Assembly: GCA_964016885.1 (NCBI GenBank)
Contig: OZ024742.1
Span: 186,744,001 to 186,808,000 of the forward strand
DNA length: 64,000 nucleotides
Origin: Eledone cirrhosa
Taxonomy: Eukaryota
Direction: 5' to 3'
The notes under the pieces are model-generated. The model was not told where the DNA came from, made no database searches, and worked only from the letters and a program-made list of their open reading frames with translations. Shown here in pieces: positions 62,001-64,000 of the stretch. A program made the translations under genes and the position numbers. The stretch's first letter is position 1; the number at the start of each line of letters is the position of its first letter.

Positions 62001-64000
62001 TAAGGCTTTAGCTATAGAGAAAAATAGAGCAGAGGGAGAACTAGTTAGAAAATTAGACGAGGCGCTTAGCAAAGGCATCGCGACCAACGTACTTGCGGCG
62101 AAATTGGCCCTTGACCAATTCTTCAATGCAAAGCACGAAGGATGCATTGTCAGAGCTAGGGTACGTGCTCTCAGACACGCGGGGACGAAAGCTGTTCAAT
62201 GGGCCCGAGTGGCGGAGGCGCGTCGTGGCAACAAAGCCATGATCCGGTCTTTGGTGGACCACGACGGGCGTATGCTACTCGATGCCGGGTAAATGTGTGA
62301 AGCTTTTCAGCGACACTTCGCTCAACAGTTCCGGGGCAGCGGCGGGCCGGATCGAGGTATGGACTCTAGTATCTACCTCGACGGACTGCCGCGGCTCTCG
62401 ACCACTGAGGCGGAGTGTTGAGAAAAGCCGATAACAGCCGCTGAAGTACGGGAGGCAATGACTGGCTGCACAAGGGGTAAATCGCCGGGTTTGGATGATC
62501 TGCCCTATGAACTTTACGTAAAGGTGCCAGACATGTTCGGAGGCCTGTTGGCGGACGTCTACTGCAACTGGCAACAGAACGGGAGAATTCCCAGCTCTGT
62601 GAGCCGAGGAGCGGTGGCGCTGCTGAGAAAGGATCCGAACAACGGGGATAACATAGATCATTTCAGGCCCATAACTCTGCTAAACACAGAGTTCAAGATT
62701 TTGGCCAAGGTGCTAGCAAAGAGGTTGGTGCTTGTCGTTGTTGGTGTGGTGGGAGAGGCGCAGCGATGCGCCATTCCCGACAGATGCATACACGACCACT
62801 TCCACCTCATTCGATACATCGTAGAGAGGGTAGCTATTGAACCTGGCACGGGTGGGTCCTTGATCAATTTAGATCAGTCGAAAGCTTTCGATAGGGTCGA
62901 CCATCGTTACCTAGCGGCAGTCCTGAAGGCGGCTGGCTTTGGGCCCGTCTTCAGAGGCTGAATCGCTGCCATGCACAGCGACATCTGCTCTGTGGTGAGA
63001 GTGAACGGTCACCTTTCAGAACCGTTCAACATCATGCGCTTGGTCCGCCAAGGATGTCCCCTCTCGTCCCTCCTGTACATATTGACTCTCGAGCCATTAC
63101 TGCACAAACTGGAGACGTTGAGGGGGGTCCCGCGCGAACTAGGATGCGGAAGATCCGTGTCAGCATATGCGGACGATGTCACCGTAATGGTGTCAAACGC
63201 CAAACACATCGAGGCGATCGGCACTACACTAAGAGAATACGAAGCGGTGACAGGAGCAATGATCAACCAGGAAAAGTCAGTGGGCCTGCAGCTCGGCACC
63301 TGGAGAAGCAGGTCCATGCCGTCCAACAGCGTCGTCGGGCGCTGGACGGACGGACCGGTTAAATTGCTAGGGGTCTGGTTCGGTCCGGACCTCAAGAGGG
63401 ACAAAAACTGGGACGAGGTGACGAGCAGGGTGGCTTCTCTCACCCAGAAATGGGCGGAGAGGAAGCTATCCCTGAAAGGTCGAGCGGAGGTGGCTAACGC
63501 GTACATCGCGTCTGTCATCTGCTACCGCCTGACCGTCGTACCTTGTCCTAAGCCTCGCCTGACTGCGCTGGAGCGTTTGCTCTTTCGCTTTTTGTGGAAG
63601 GGACCCGCTCCGATGGTCAGGCGGTCCATCTTTTGTCAACACCCGCTACGTGGCGGGCTGGGCTTGCCGTGGCTGATGATGCGCAGACAGGCGCTCAGGC
63701 TACGACATCTCCACTTCTTCCTCGACGGTGATCAGGTGTGGTCTCCGTTTGCTAGACGCGTCTTTCCCCAGCTCGTTTCCTAGACGGAGCTGCAGTCCTG
63801 GGTCAAGCGAAGACCGAGAGGGAGCGCTTGGAGACTGGAATGGCTTCAGGCGCTCACAGCCCTCGACCAATCGGGCCATGTGATCGGTGGAAACTCCACC
63901 TCGGCGTTCTATAGAGGATTAGTTGAGGGGAAGAGGGACGACGTACTTGGGGAAACTCTAGGCCTCGACCAAAATCAACTAGCCAATCTCTTCGGAAGCA
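59041..64000 (+). mobile_element. L1/Tx1-clade element copy 3 (runs off window), with stops and frameshifts
   Basis: Distinct ORF1 with CVVCGEGTHLRAFC; ORF2 from ATG 61150 nearly identical to copy 2. Confidence 0.95.

Overview
Eukaryotic, AT-rich, microsatellite-dense window made almost entirely of transposable elements. No host gene exon is supportable. The SINE and repeat landscape resembles a cephalopod (octopus-like) genome, which is an inference. Contents: (1) Penelope-like elements (one Neptune-type, two Naiad-type, several short 3' remnants). They carry about 15 minimal type-I hammerhead ribozyme motifs, many as head-to-head fold-back palindromes sitting in (TA)n tracts. (2) Three R4/Dong-clade RLE non-LTR elements on the minus strand. 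One has an intact 1169-aa ORF. Two families abut (TACA)n and one abuts (TAA)n. (3) A head-to-tail array of L1/Tx1-clade elements joined by (ATT)n, one a single stop codon from intact. (4) RTE-derived non-autonomous elements with covarying 5' and 3' RNA structures. (5) tRNA-derived SINEs, Helitrons, a fold-back Tc1/mariner derivative, MITEs and satellites. Most notable: the hammerhead fold-back units, partitioning of microsatellite targets among retroelement clades, a CTTGTG-N8-AGAAA 3' motif shared by SINE, Tx1 and one R4 family, a candidate intron that removes all of Tx1 ORF2, and an unassigned covarying RNA three-way junction at the RTE-derived 5' end. All structures and alignments were read by eye; none were computed.
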